Assembly (NCBI RefSeq): GCF_963921235.1
Contig: NC_086097.1
Span: 139,936,001-140,000,000, forward strand
Length of the DNA stretch: 64,000 bases
Origin: Mobula hypostoma
Taxonomy: Eukaryota
Reading direction: 5' to 3'
The position numbers and the translations under genes were made by a program. The notes beneath the pieces are model-generated. The model saw only the letters and a list, made by a program, of their open reading frames with translations. It did not search any database and had not been told where the DNA came from. The stretch's first letter is position 1. Each line of letters starts with the position of its first letter. Shown piece after piece: positions 38,555-51,454 of the stretch.

Positions 38555-38589
38555 GTAAGTATCCACATTATGAAAGAAATATATTAAAC

Positions 38590-38765
38590 TTGCAAAAAAG
38601 GATTTGTGTTGCCTGTGATCTGGGCTGACATTTACGTGTTGGGCGGCATCTAATTGATTGTTTATTTCGGCTTTTTTCTTAAAGATGCTGCTGGGTGCAT
38701 TCTGGCTACCGCTGCATTCTTCGCGGCAATGTATTGGTCCGCGGCCCGGAGATTGGGGACCATTG
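38590..38765. mobile_element. hAT-Charlie terminal fragment
   Basis: ggtccgcggcccggagattggggaccattg followed by gtttagat (NTCTAGAN-like target). Confidence 0.6.
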
Positions 38766-39189
38766 GTTTAGATGATAGAAATCTAGATGATTGGTGTCGA
38801 GGGGGGATTGAACAACAAGAATTAAAAATTTAATATCAAGCTTAATCCAGTAGAGATCTAGAAAGGCACTGGCGATAGTGGCGATAGTTCCTGGTGCCAG
38901 TTAGAACACAGGCAGCATGTTGAATGAAGAAGGTTGATAAGGGATCAGGAGTAATTGAGCCTTGAGATAACAATGGTGTTGATGGGGGGGGGGGGTTCTG
39001 CAACAGAATGGCCTGTGTTACAGAAATACAGCAATGGAAGACGTTCTAATCTGTTCACTTATTTATTATGATTTGGTAAATGCTTGGCTAATTAAGCAAG
39101 GTATTGCTGCAGCTGTGGAGTTGTTTTATTTTTCTTCAGTCATGTTTTTCATCTAACTCTGTAATCTGTGGTCAATACACTGCAATGCT

Positions 39190-39400
39190 TTTCACCACGG
39201 GGCCTGAAGGTTAGGTGTTGCTTCAGAGACTTAACGCTAAATCTAGTCTTACACATCTGGGTAAAATACTAAGGCAGTGCTGCACTGGCAGAAGTACAAT
39301 TTTGAAAGATGTTAAATGAAAGCTGGAAATCTGGACTCAAACATAAAAGAATGTGCAGTAAAGAGAATTATCCTTGGAGCCATGGAGCATACTTATCCCA
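39190..39400 (+). mobile_element. Deu-domain SINE remnant
   Basis: cagagactt...aatctag...tactaaggcagtgctgcactggcagaagt...gatgttaaa, decayed Deu core. Confidence 0.5.
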
Positions 39401-39764
39401 ACGGAAAAGGGAAGCATATGGAAGAGTTAGCAAGCTGAAATGAAATGGGGCCCTTGTGGAAAATGAAAGGACAAATAGGAAATCAAGAGGACTGAAGGGG
39501 ACCATGAAATGTTCTTGGAAAGTAGGATTAAAGAGAATCTCAAGGCATTTATATTTCCATTAAAAACAAGAGGGTAACAGGCAGAGGGTAGAACCACTCG
39601 AGGACAAAGAAGGAAATTTATGTCAGGAGATAGGAAATGGGTGAGGTACTAAATGAGTACTTCACATCGGTATTCATGAAGGAAAAGGACATAGATGGCA
39701 GCAAGATCGAGGAGGAGTATACTTTATTCTATGCTATGTTGATATCAAGAAGGAAGAGGAAAGA

Positions 39765-40097
39765 GGACAGTACAGAAACAGGCCTACTAAGTCTGCTCTG
39801 GCCATCAACCAGCTATGCTCACTAACTCCACATTAATTTTTATTCACCTTGCATTCTTATTGACTACCCTTCCCCACTCTCCCCTCTCCCCATCCCTTGA
39901 TTCTTCCATTCACCTATGTACTACGGACAATTTACATATCTTTGGAATGTGAGGGAAATCCAGAACAACTGGGTGGGGGAGCGGAGGGGCCCACATGGAG
40001 AATGTGTAAACATCACAGAGGCAGCATCAGAGGTTGGGATTGAACTCAGGGCTCTGGCACTATGAGACAGTAACTACCAAGCTATGCCACTGTGCCC
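39765..40097 (-). mobile_element. HE1/V-SINE-like tRNA-derived SINE
   Basis: minus strand gggcacagtggcatagc (A box) ... gagttcaatccc (B box) ... gtttacacattctcc ... ttccctcacattccaaaga; CR1-like tail. Confidence 0.7.
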
Positions 40098-40411
40098 CTA
40101 ATAACAACATGAAAGCGGCCATGTTCTTTATAGCAATTCAATTTCTAGTTCATATCAATAACATATTTCAATACCTTAAACCCAAGGAGCTATGGCACTG
40201 CATCTGCAATAAAAAGAACAAACTTCTCTCCCCACCCCCATGCACCTCCATCCCAGCAACAACATGTGTAGGAACATAATGGTATGAAAATTTTGTTCCC
40301 AGTTATGTTGCAACCTTGACATTTCAGTTCATTGAGGATTTGTTTGAGAAAAATATTCTTTGTTTGTGTAAATAAAAGCCATTTAGTAACTCTCTTGAAG
40401 TGCATTAAAAA

Positions 40412-43217
40412 CTAGAAACATAGAAAACCTATAACACAATATAGGCCCTTCGGCCCATGACGCCATGCTGAATATGTACTTACTTTAGAAATTACCTAGG
40501 GTTACCCATAGCCCTCTATTTTTCTAAGCTCTTATCCAGGAGTCTCTTAAAAGACCCTGTCGTATCCGCCTCCACCACCGTTGCCAGCAGCCTGTTCCAC
40601 GTACTTACCACCCTCTGCATAAAAGAAAAACTTGCCCCTGATATCTCCTTTGTACCTACTTCCAAGCACCTTAAAACTGTACCCTCTTGTGTTAGCCATT
40701 TCAGCCCTGGGAAAAAGCCTCTGACTATCCACACGATCAATGCCTTTCATCATCTTATACACCTCTATCAGGTGACCGCACATCCTCCGTTGCTCCAAGG
40801 AGAAAAGGCCAAGTTCACTCAACCTATTCTCATACGGCATGCTCCCCAACCCTGGCAACATCCTTGTAAATCTCTGCACCCTTTCTATAGTTTCCACATC
40901 CTTCCTGTAGTGAGGTGACCAGAACTAAGCACAGTACTCCAAGTGGGGTCTGACCAGGGTCCTATACAGCTGCAACATTACCTCTCGGCTCTTAAACTCA
41001 GTCCCACAGTTGATGAAGGCCAATGCACTGTATGCCTTCTTAACCAGACAATCAACTTGAGCAGCAGCTTTGAGTGTCCTGTGGACTCGGACCCCAAGAT
41101 CCCTCTGATCCTCCACACTGCGAAGAGTCTTACCATTAATACTATATTCTGCCATCATATTTGACCTACCAAAATGAACCACCTCACACTTATCTGGGTT
41201 GAACTCCATCTGCTACTTCTCAGCCCAGTTTTACATCCTATCAATGTTCTGCTGCAAACTCTGACAGCCCTCCACACTATCTACAACACCCCCAACCTCT
41301 GTGTCATCAGAAAATTTACTAACCCATCCCTTCACTTCCTCATCCAGGTCATTTATAAAAATCACGAAGAGAAGGGGTCCAGACCAGATCCCTGAGGCAC
41401 GTCACTGGTCACCCACCTCCATGCAGAATATGACCCATCTACAACCACTCTTTGCCTTCTGTGGGCAAGCCAGTTCTGGATCCACAAAGCAATGTCCCCT
41501 TGGATCCCATGCCTCCTTACTTTCTCAATAAGCCTCGCATGGGGTACCTTATCAAATGCCTTGCTGAAATCCATATACACTGCATCTACTGCTGTACCTT
41601 CATCAATGTATTTAGACACATCCTCAAAAAATTCAATCAGTCTCATAAGGCACAACCTGCCTTTGACAAAGCCATGCTGACTATTCCTAATCATATTATT
41701 CCTCTCCAAATGTTCATAAATCCTGCCTCTCAGGATCTTTCTCCATCAACTTACCAACCACTGAAGTAAGACTCACTGGTCTATAATTTCCTGGGCTATC
41801 TCTACTCCCTTTCTTGAATAAGGGAACAACATTTGCAACCCTCCAGCCCTCCGGAATCTCTCCTGTCCCCATTGATGATGCAAAGATCATTGCCAGAGGA
41901 TCAGCAATCTCCTCCCTTGCCTGCCACAGTAGCCTGGGGTATATCTCATCCGGTCCCAGTGACTTATCCAATTTGATGTTTTCCAAAAGCTCCAGCACAT
42001 CCTCTTTCTTAATGTCAAGCTTTTCAGTCCACTGTAAGTCATCCCTACAATCGCCAAAGTCCTTTTCTGTAGAGAATACTGAAGCGAAAGTATTCATCAA
42101 GTATCTCTGCTATCTCCTCCGGTTCCATACACACTTTTCCACTGTCACATTTGATAAGTCGTAATCTCTCATGTCTTATCCTCTTGCTCTTCACATACTT
42201 GTAGAATGCCTTGGGGTTTTCCTTCTGTTTGCCAAGGCCTTCTCATGGCCCCTTCTGGCTCTCCTAATTTCATTCTTAAGCTCCTTCGTGCTGGCCTTAT
42301 AATTTTCTAGATCTCTATCATTACCTAGTTTTTTGAACCTTTTGTAAGCTTTTCTTTTCTTCTTGACTAGATTTTCAACAGCCTTTGTACACCAAGTTTC
42401 CTGTACCCTACCATCCTTTCCCTATTTCATTGGAACGTACCTATTGCAGAATGTCACGCAAATATCCCCTGAACATTTGCCACATTTTTTCAGTACATTT
42501 CCCTGAGAACATCTGTTCCCAATTTATACTTACAAGTTCCTGGGTGATAGCTTCATATTTCCCCTTACTCCAATTAAACGCTTTCCTAACTTGTCTGTTC
42601 CTATCCCTCTCCAGTGCTATGGTAAAGGAGATAGAATTGTGATGACTATCTCCTAAATGCTCTTCCACTGAGAGACCTGACACCTGACCAGGTTTATTTC
42701 CCAGTATCAGATCAAGTACAGCCTTTCCTCTTGTAGGCTTATCTACATATTGTGACAGGAAACCTTCCTTAACACACCTAACAAACTCCCCTGCATCTAA
42801 GCCCCTTGATCTAGGAAGGTGCCAATCAATATTTGGGAAATTAAAATCTCCCACCACGATGACACTTATTATTACATCTTTTCAGAATCTGTCCCCCTAT
42901 CTGCTCCTCGATGTCCCTGTTACTATTGGGAGGTCTATAAAAGACACCCAGTAGAGTTATTAACCTCTTCCTGTTCCTAACTTCCACCCACAGAGACTCA
43001 GTAGACAATCACTCCATGACTTCCTCCTTTTCTGCAGCTGTGACACTATCTCTGATCAACAGTGCCATGCCCCCACCTCTTTTGCCTCCCTCCCTGTCCT
43101 TTCTGAATCTTCTAAAACCTGGCACTCTAAGTAACCATTCCTGCTCCTGAGGCATCCAAGTCTCTGTAATGGCCACAACATCATAGCTCGAAGTACTGTA
43201 CTGATCCACGCTCTAAG
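40412..43217 (-). mobile_element. CR1 LINE, near-complete ORF2 (APE + RT) with frameshifts
   Basis: YDVVAITETW, VGDFNFPNIDW, NYRPVSLTSVVGK, YMDFSKAFDKVPH, LVRPHLEYC; TTTCTATG tail. Confidence 0.95.
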
Positions 43218-43825
43218 CATGAAGGTGGGTGTTCCAAGGATTTGGTGGTATATATTTCACAGGTTATTGAGAAAGCCAAGAGAGGGGATTTCTGGAGTCT
43301 TGACAGAGATACAAGTATATGGCATTTTGGTATGAGGGTATCCATTAAGTGGCAGGAATCTTACGAGCATTAATAAACAAAGGGATCTTAGAGTGCAAGT
43401 CTAGAGCTGCCAAAAGTGGTAACAAAAGTAGATAAGGTGGTTAAGAAAGCACGTGGCATACTTCCCTTTGCTCCTTTGGTGTTGTGAATAAAACTTTGCA
43501 AATCATGTTGCAGCTGTATAAAGCATTTGGAGTATTGTGTACAATTGTGATTGTTGAATTACAGGAAGGATATGGAATCTTTGGAGAGGATGCAGAAGAC
43601 GTTTACCATTAGGTTTTTTGGATTGGAGAGTATTACTTATAAGGAGAGGCTGGCTGAGGGATGAACTGATACAAGTATATAAAATTATAAGAGAATGTTT
43701 TAAACATGATAGAGTGGGAGGGATAGCATTACTAGTCAGGAAAAATGTCATGGCAGTACTCAGGATAGAGTAGAGAACTTATTTGCTAAGGCTATATGGG
43801 TAGAACTGAGGAATGGGAAAGGGAT

Positions 43826-44022
43826 CACAAGCAAGAGAAAATCTGCAGATGCTAGAAATCAAAATAATATACGCAAAATCCTGGAGGAACTCAGCTGGTC
43901 AGGCAGCATATATGGAAAAGAGTAAACAGTGAATATTTGGGGTTTTGGCCCAAAATATTGACTGTTTACTCTTTTCCATAGATGCTGCCTGGCCTGCTGA
44001 GTTCCTCTGGCATTTTGTGTGT
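43826..44022. repeat. Palindromic mini-Penelope (inverted pLTR ends)
   Basis: 43869-43941 is the reverse complement of 43949-44022; extra tail of about 40 nt on the left arm only. Confidence 0.85.
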
Positions 44023-44902
44023 AATACTGAGAAAGGACTGACCACGTTAATGTGATTATATTACAAACCATGTCTGTGGGACTGTGAGGAGCACATTTGT
44101 AGAGAGATCGCAAACTTATGGTAGGAATGGAAGGTGTGATAGAAGATTATTGTAACTTTCCCCATATTGACTGGGATTCCCATACTGTAAAAAGGCTGGG
44201 ATGGGATAGTTTATCAATTGTGTTCAGGATCGTTTCCTTAATGAGTACATAGAGGTCCCAACTAGAGAAAGAGTGTGATACTAGATTTCTATTAGGGATT
44301 GAGACAGGGAGGTTACAGACTTTTGTCTGTAGGGGAGTCCTTTGCATCTAGAGATCATAATGCCATCGGTTTCAAGATAATTATGGAGGGTAGGTTTGGT
44401 CCTTGGGTTGAGATTCTAAATTGGAGAAAGAGCAATTTTGATGGTATCAGAAAGGATCTGGCAAGTGTGGTTTGGGACAGGTTGTTTTCTGGCAAAGGTG
44501 TACTTGGTAAATGGGAGGCCTTCAAAGGTGAAATTCTAAGAGTACCGAGTTTGTATGTTCCTGTAAGAATAAAAGGTAAGGATAATAGTTTTATGAAACA
44601 TTGGTTTTCAAGAGATAATGAGGCCCTGATTAAGGAAAAGAAGAAGGTGCTCAGCAGGTATAGGCACGAAGGAGCAAATGAGGTACTTGAGAGACATATA
44701 AGAAATGCAAGTAAACTCTTAGGAGGGAAATCAGGAGTGCTAAAAGAAGACATGAGGTTGCTCAAGCAGGCAAGCTAAAGGAGAATCCCAAAGGCTTCTA
44801 CAGATATATTAAGAGCAAAAGGTAGCAAGGGACAAAGTTAGTCCTCCGAAGATCAGAATGGTCATCTATGCATGGAACCAAATGAGATGAGGGAGATCTT
44901 AA

Positions 44903-45141
44903 GCAACACACACACACAATGCTGGTGGACCGCAGCAGGCCAGGCAGCATCTATAGGAAGAAGTACAGTCGATGTTTCTGTTCAAGACCCTTCGTTAGGA
45001 CTAATGGAAAAAAGAGATAGTAAGAGATTTGAAAGTGGGGGGGCGGGGGGGGGACACCCGAAATGATAGGAGAAGACAGGAGGGGAGGGATGAAGCCAAG
45101 AGCTGGGAAGTTGATTGGCAAAAGGGATACAAGGCTGGAAA
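44903..45141 (-). mobile_element. Penelope pLTR insertion with TSD
   Basis: agggagatcttaa duplicated at 44890-44902 and 45142-45154; degenerate hammerhead (CTAACGA). Confidence 0.85.
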
Positions 45142-45359
45142 AGGGAGATCTTAAAAGGATTTTTGCATCTGTATTTACTCAGGTGGACACAGTCTATAGA
45201 GGTGAGGCAAAGTAGCAATGAGGACATGAATCGTATACAGATTCGAGGTGGAATTGTTTGCTGTCTTGAGGCAAATTAGGGTAGCAGGGCCTGACATGGT
45301 GTTCCCTTGAACATTTACGGGATGCTACTGCGGATGCCTTAGCAGAGATACTTTTTAGA

Positions 45360-45963
45360 TTATGAAGACACGCAGTGTTCTTTTATTGTCATTTAGTAAT
45401 GCATGCACTAAGAAATGATACAATATTTCCTCCGGTGTGATATCACAAAACACAAGACAGACCAAGACTGAAAAAACTAACAAAACCACATAATTATAAC
45501 ATATGGTTACAACAGTGCAACAATACCAAAACTTGATGAAGAAGTCCATGAGCACAGTTAGAAGTTCAAAGTCTCTCAGATGTCCCACACCTCACGCAGA
45601 CGGGAGAAGGAAGAAAAACTCTCCCTGCCATACCCGACCACGGTCCGACTCTGAGTCGTCCGAAAACTTCGAGCCTCCGATCAGCTCTCTGACACCGAGT
45701 TCCGAGCACCACCTCTATCTGAGCGATTCGACCTCAATCTCAGTCGCCAACAGCAGGCAAAGCCGGGGATTTTGAGGCCTTCCCTCCAAAGATTTATGAC
45801 AGCAGCGAACGGGCGTTTCAGAAATTTCTCCAGATGTTCCTCTGTGCCTTCACTTCTGTCTCCATCAAATCAGAATTGTCCAAGGCCCCTATTTAACAGA
45901 TACAATATTGTTTTTCACCGGGGGGCTACGCACATGTGGCGCACTGCACTCTCTCCTCCCGCC
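45360..45963 (-). mobile_element. Non-coding short retroelement (about 600 bp) with LINE-like tail
   Basis: tttaga duplicated at 45354-45359 and 45964-45969; interrupts a CR1; GC-rich 5' end, AATAAA and AATCT-type 3' end. Confidence 0.6.
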
Positions 45964-48296
45964 TTTAGACGTTCTTAGCCAGGGATAAGCTGCCAGAGGA
46001 TTGAAAGATAACTAATGTTATTCTGTTTTTTAGGGAAGGCTCTTAAAAATAAGCCAGAAAGTTATAGTTCAATGAGCCTGACACTGGTAGTGTGCAAGCT
46101 ACAGGAAGGTATATATAAGTATTACTGGATATATAAGTAATAAACACTGGATATGTAAGTATTTGGATGGACAGGGAATGATTAAGGATGACCTTGTGTG
46201 TGGTAGGTCGTGTGTAACCAATCCTATAGCGTTTTACGAGGAAGTTGCCAGGAGAGTTGATAAAAGGCAAAGCAGTGGATGTTGTCCACATGGAATTTAG
46301 CAAGACTTTTGACAAGGTCCTGCGTGATAGGTTGGTTAAGAAGGTTCAGTCACTTGATATTCAAGATCAGGTAGTAAATTGGATTAAAGATAAGCTGCGC
46401 AGAAGAAGCCAGAGAGTGGTGATAGTTTGGTGCCTTGCTGACTGGAGGCCAGTGACTAGTAGTGTGCTGCAGGGATCGTTGCTTGGTCCATTGTTCATCA
46501 TCTTTGTCAACAATCTGGATGAAAATATAAACTGGATTAGCAAATTTGCGGATGACACCAAGATTGGGGTTGTAGTGGACAGCATGGAAGACAATCAAAT
46601 CTTACAGCAGGATTTGGACCAGCTGAAAAAATTCCTAAAAATGGCAGAAGGAATTTAATGCAGTCAATATGAGATGTTGCACTTTGGGAAGACAAACCAG
46701 TGCAGGACTTGCACTGTAAGTGGTAGGCCATTGAGGAGTGTGGTAGAACAGAGAGATCTGGGAATACACATCCATAATTCCTTAGAAGTGGACAGGGACT
46801 GGCCATTGTTGGGAGTAGACCAGTGGCGAGAGTAGAAGCGACAGGCTTTGGCTCATTCAGGCTTCGGCAAGGTAAGTGGGTAGGTGGACTTTGTTTTTGG
46901 TTTTTCTTTGCATTTTTTTGAGGAAGAGAGAGCATGTCGGTAGGGTTAGTGTTTTGCTCTGGGTGTCAGATGTGGGAATCCTGGGAATCTTCCAGTCTCC
47001 CAGATGGCCACATTTGTGCCAGGTACACAGAGATGCAGCTCCTGAGAGACCGTGTTAGGGATCTGGAGCTGCAGCTCGATGACCTACAGTGTATTAGGGA
47101 GAGTGAACAGGAAATAGAGAGGAGCTACAGGAAGTTAGTTACCCAAAGGCTGCAGCAGTTAGATAAGTGGGTGATGGTCAGGGAAGTGAAGGGATGAGCT
47201 CAGATAGTAGAGAGCACCCTGTGGCCATCCCCCTCAGTAATCGTTATCTTGTTTTGGATGTAGTTGGGGGGGGGTGACCTGACAGAGGATGGGTCTCTGG
47301 CACTGAGCTTGGTTCTGTGGTGCAGAAGGGAAAGAGGAAAATGAGGAATGCGGTAGTCATAGGGGATTCCATAGTGAGGGGAACAGACAGGAGATTCTGT
47401 CAGCCTGATAGAGATACCCGCAAGGTGTGTTGCCTCCCAGGTGCCAGGGTACGGGATGTCTCAGATCGGGTGCAGAGTATTTTGAAGGGACGGGGTGAAC
47501 AGCCAGAAGTCTTGGTACACGTTGGTACCAATGACATAGGTAGAAAAAAGGAGGAGGTCCTTAAGAGAGAATTGAGTGAGTTAGGTAGGAAGCTGAAAAG
47601 CAGGACCTCCGGGGTAGTAGTCTCAGGATTGCTGCCTGTGCCATGTGCTAGTGAGTGCAAGAATAGCATGATCAAGCATACTAATGTGTGGCTGAGAGAC
47701 TGGTGTAGGGAGCAGGGCTTCAGATTCCTGGATCACTGGGGCCTTTTCTAGGGGAGGTACAACCTGTACAAAAAGGACGGGTTACACCTGAACCCAAAGG
47801 GGTCCAATATCCGAGAGGGCACATTTAATAGAGCTGTTAAGATGGGTTTAAGCTAATTTGGCAGGGGGATGGGAACCAAAGTGATAGGGTTGAGGAAGGG
47901 CAAAACAGAAATAAATCAAAGATAGCATTCCACAGAGATTATAGAAAGAACAGATAGGAGATGAGGCCTAATCACATTAAACCTGAGTTACAGGGCAATA
48001 GAGGCGTGGTGCACTTAAAACAGAAAGCGACAAATACTGGTCTGAAAGTGTTATTTGAATGCATGCAGCATAAGGAATAAAATGGATGATCTTGAAATTC
48101 AGCTACAGATTGGCAAATAGTCGTGGCCATCTCTGAAACTTGGCTAAAGGGTGGCTGCCATTGAGAGCTGAACGTCCAGGGATATACGGTGTATGGGAAA
48201 GATAGATTAGTAGACAGAGGGGGTGGTGTGGCTCTGTGTATAAAAAATAATATTAAATCATTAGAAAGAGATGACATAGGTTTGGAAGGTGTCGAA

Positions 48297-50120
48297 GGTT
48301 CTTTAACAGATTTGACATTGTGACCCCTACCCATCCCCCACATGAGCCATCTGTTGCCGGCCCCCAACCAACACATATTCCACTCTCCCCTCCTACCCCT
48401 CCTCACAGTCCCCCACCCTGCTCTCATGACTATACCCCTCCCCCACACGAAACCACCATGGTGGGCTTCACGGCTGAAGAGGTGAGAAGACAGCTGAAAC
48501 GTCTCAACCCAAGCAAAGCTGCAGGACCGGATGGTGTCAGTACCAGGGTGCTCAAAGCCTGTGCCCCTCAGCTATGCGGAGTACTTTGCCATGTATTCAA
48601 CATGAGCCTGAGGCTCCGGAGGGTTCCTGTATTGTGGAAGACGTCCTGCCTCGTCCCTGTGCCGAAGATGCCGCGCCCCAGCGGCCTCAATGACTACAGA
48701 CCGGTGGCATTGACCTCCCACATCATGAAGACCCTGGAGAGACTTGTTCTGGAGCTGCTGTGGCCTATGGTCAGGCCACACTTAGATCCCCTCCAGTTCG
48801 CCTACCAGCCCCAACTAGGAGTTGAGGATGCCATCGTCTACCTGTTGAACCGTGTCTATGCCCACCTGGACAAGCCAGCGAGCACTGTGAGGGTCATGTT
48901 TTTTGACTTCTCCAGTGCGTTCAACACCACCTGCCCTGCTCTGCTGGGGGAGAAGCTGACAGCGATGCAGGTGGATGCTCCCCTGGTGTCATGGATTCTT
49001 GATTACTTGACTGGCAGACCACAGTACGTGTGCTTGCAACACTGTGTGTCCGACAGAGTGATCAGCAGCACTGGGGCTCCACAGGGGACTGTCTTGTCTC
49101 CCTTTCTCTTCACCATTTACACCTCCAACTTCAACTACTGCACAGAGTCTTGTCATCTTCAGAAGTTTTCTGATGACTCTGCCATAGTTGGATGCATCAG
49201 CAAGGGAGATGAGGTTGAGTACAGGACTACGGTAGGAAACTTTGTCACATGGTGTGAGCAGAATTATCTGCAGCTTAATGTGAAAAAGACTAAGGAGCTG
49301 GTGGTAGACCTGAGGAGAGCTAAGGTACTGGTGACCCTTGTTTCCATCCAGGGGGTCGGTGTGGACATGGTGGAGGATTACAAATACCTGGGGATATGAA
49401 TTGACAATAAACTGGACTGGTCTAAGAACACTGAGGCTGTCTACAAGAAGGGTCAGAGCCGTCCCTATTTCTTGAGGAGACTGAGGTCCTTTAACATCTG
49501 CCGGACGATGCTGAGGATGTTCTACGAGTCTGTGGTGGCCAGTGCTATCATGTTTGCTGTTGTGTGCTGGGGCAGCAGGCTGAGGGTGGCCGACACCAAC
49601 CGAATCAACAAACTCATTCATAAGGCCAGTGATGTTGTGGGGATGGAACTGGACTCTCTCACGGTGGTGTCCGAAAAGAGGATGCTGTCTAAGTTGCATG
49701 CCATCTTGGACAATGTTTCCCATCCACTACATAATGTACTGGGTGGGCACAGGAGTACATTCAGCCAGAGACTCATTCCACCGAGATGCAGCACAGAGCG
49801 TCATAGGAAGTCATTCCTGCCTGTGGCCATCAAACTTTACAACTCCTCCCTTGGAAGGTCAGACACCCTGAGCCGATAGGCTGGTCCTGGATTTACTTCA
49901 TAATTTCCTGGCATAATTTACATATTACTATTTAACCATTTATTACTATTTTCTATTACTATTCTATTACTATTTATTATTTCTATGACTATTACTATCT
50001 ACTATTTACTAATAGTAATACTACTATTACTATTCCTATTACTATCTATTATTTATGGTGCAACTGTGACGAAAACCAATTTCCCCCAGGATCAATAAAG
50101 TATGACTATGACTATGACTA
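48297..50120 (+). mobile_element. Rex1/Babar LINE, 5'-truncated, nearly intact RT frame
   Basis: frame 48320-49879 broken only by TGA at 49397; [36 protein letters not shown]; (ACTATG)n tail. Confidence 0.93.
49925..50055 (+). repeat. Degenerate (TTACTA)n low-complexity tract in Rex1 3' UTR
   Basis: repeated tattactat/ctattacta units. Confidence 0.8.
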
Positions 50121-51454
50121 TGAAATCTCTATGGGCTGAGTTAAGAATTGGCAAAGGTAAAAGGACCCTAATGACAGTTGTATACAGGCCTCCAAACAGC
50201 AACCGGGATGTGGATTACAAGTTACAACAGGTATATAGAAAAGGCGTATCAGAAGGGCAATGTCATGATAATCGTTTAGGATTTTAACATGAAAGTGGAT
50301 TGGAAAAACCAGGTGAGTACTGGACCTCAAGAGATGGTTTTAGAACAGCTTGTTGTTGAGCCCACTAGGGGATCGGCTGTGCTGGATTGGGTGTTTTGCA
50401 ATGATTCAGAGGTGATATAAGAGCTTAAGATTAAGGAACCCATAGGGAACAGTGATCACAATATGATCGAGTTCATTTTGAAATTTGAGAAGAAGCTAAA
50501 TTCCAATGTGTCGGTATTTCAGTGGAATAAAGGACATTACAATGGCATGAGAGGGGAACTGGCCAAGTTGACTGGAAAGGGGCTCTATCAGGAAGGACAG
50601 CGGAGCAGCAATGGCTGGAGTTTCTGCGAAAAATGAGGGAAGTGCAAGACAGAAACATTCCAAATAAGAAGAAATTTTCAAATGGAAGAAGGACACTACT
50701 GCGGCTGACAAGTGAAGTCAGAGCCAAAGTAAAAGCAAAAGAGAGGGCATACAAGGAAGCCAGAGCTAGTGGGAAGATAGAGGATTGGGAAGCTTTTAAA
50801 AACTTGCAAATGGAAACTAAGGAGGTCATTAGGAAGGAAAAGATGAATTATGAAAGGAAGTTGGCAACTAATATCAAGGAGATACTAAAAGCTACTAAAA
50901 GAATAAGATACTAAAAGCATAAGATACTAAAAGAAGATACTAAGTATATAAAGGGTAAAAGAGAGTCGAGGGTAGATATAGGACCAATACAAAATGACAC
51001 TGGAGATATTGTAATGAGAGATACAGAAATGGCAGAGGAACTGAATGCATTTTATGCATCAGTCTTCACAGTGGAAGACGTCTGCAGTATACCGTACATT
51101 CAAGACTCCGGGAAGTGAAGTTTGTGCAGTGAAAATTACGATTGAGAAGGTGCTCAGGAAGCTTAATGGTCTGAGGGTGGGTTCATTTAGAACTGAGGTG
51201 TGGAAAAATTACTTTAGTCAGAGGGTAGTAAATCTGTGGAATTTGTTGCTACGAGCGGCTGTGGAGGTCAAGTCACTGGGTGTATTTAAGGCAGAGATAG
51301 ATAGGTTCTTGATTAGCCAGGGCATCAAAGGGTATGGGGTGATGGCAGGAGAGTGGGGATGCCTGGAAGAATTGGATCAGTCCATGATTGAATGGCGGAG
51401 CAGACTCAATGGGCCAAATGGCCTACTTCTGCTCCTATATCTTATTGTTTTATT

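Larger units (their letters stand above)
43220..46790 (+). mobile_element. CR1 patchwork hosting three younger insertions
   Basis: [51 protein letters not shown]. Confidence 0.82.
46795..51450 (+). mobile_element. CR1 LINE retaining its 5' part (ORF1 zinc finger/coiled coil + SGNH esterase, ORF2 APE), split by Rex1 and internally deleted
   Basis: CSGCQMW...C.R...L..RV.DLELQL; VVIGDSIVR, CLPGARV, VHVGTND, DGLHLN; ORF2 AISETWL, VVYRPPNS. Confidence 0.9.

Noticed and set aside
40030..40097. tRNA gene
   Set aside because: A/B-box remnants belong to a SINE head; no cloverleaf can be formed
48989..49723. 244-aa minus-strand ORF, and similar long ORFs at 20723-21406, 47972-48448 and 63487-63996
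   Set aside because: Antisense or chimeric read-through of LINE/Penelope sequence with no independent protein features
49925..50945. CRISPR-like or satellite arrays
   Set aside because: Short degenerate simple repeats without constant repeat-spacer periodicity, in a vertebrate-type context
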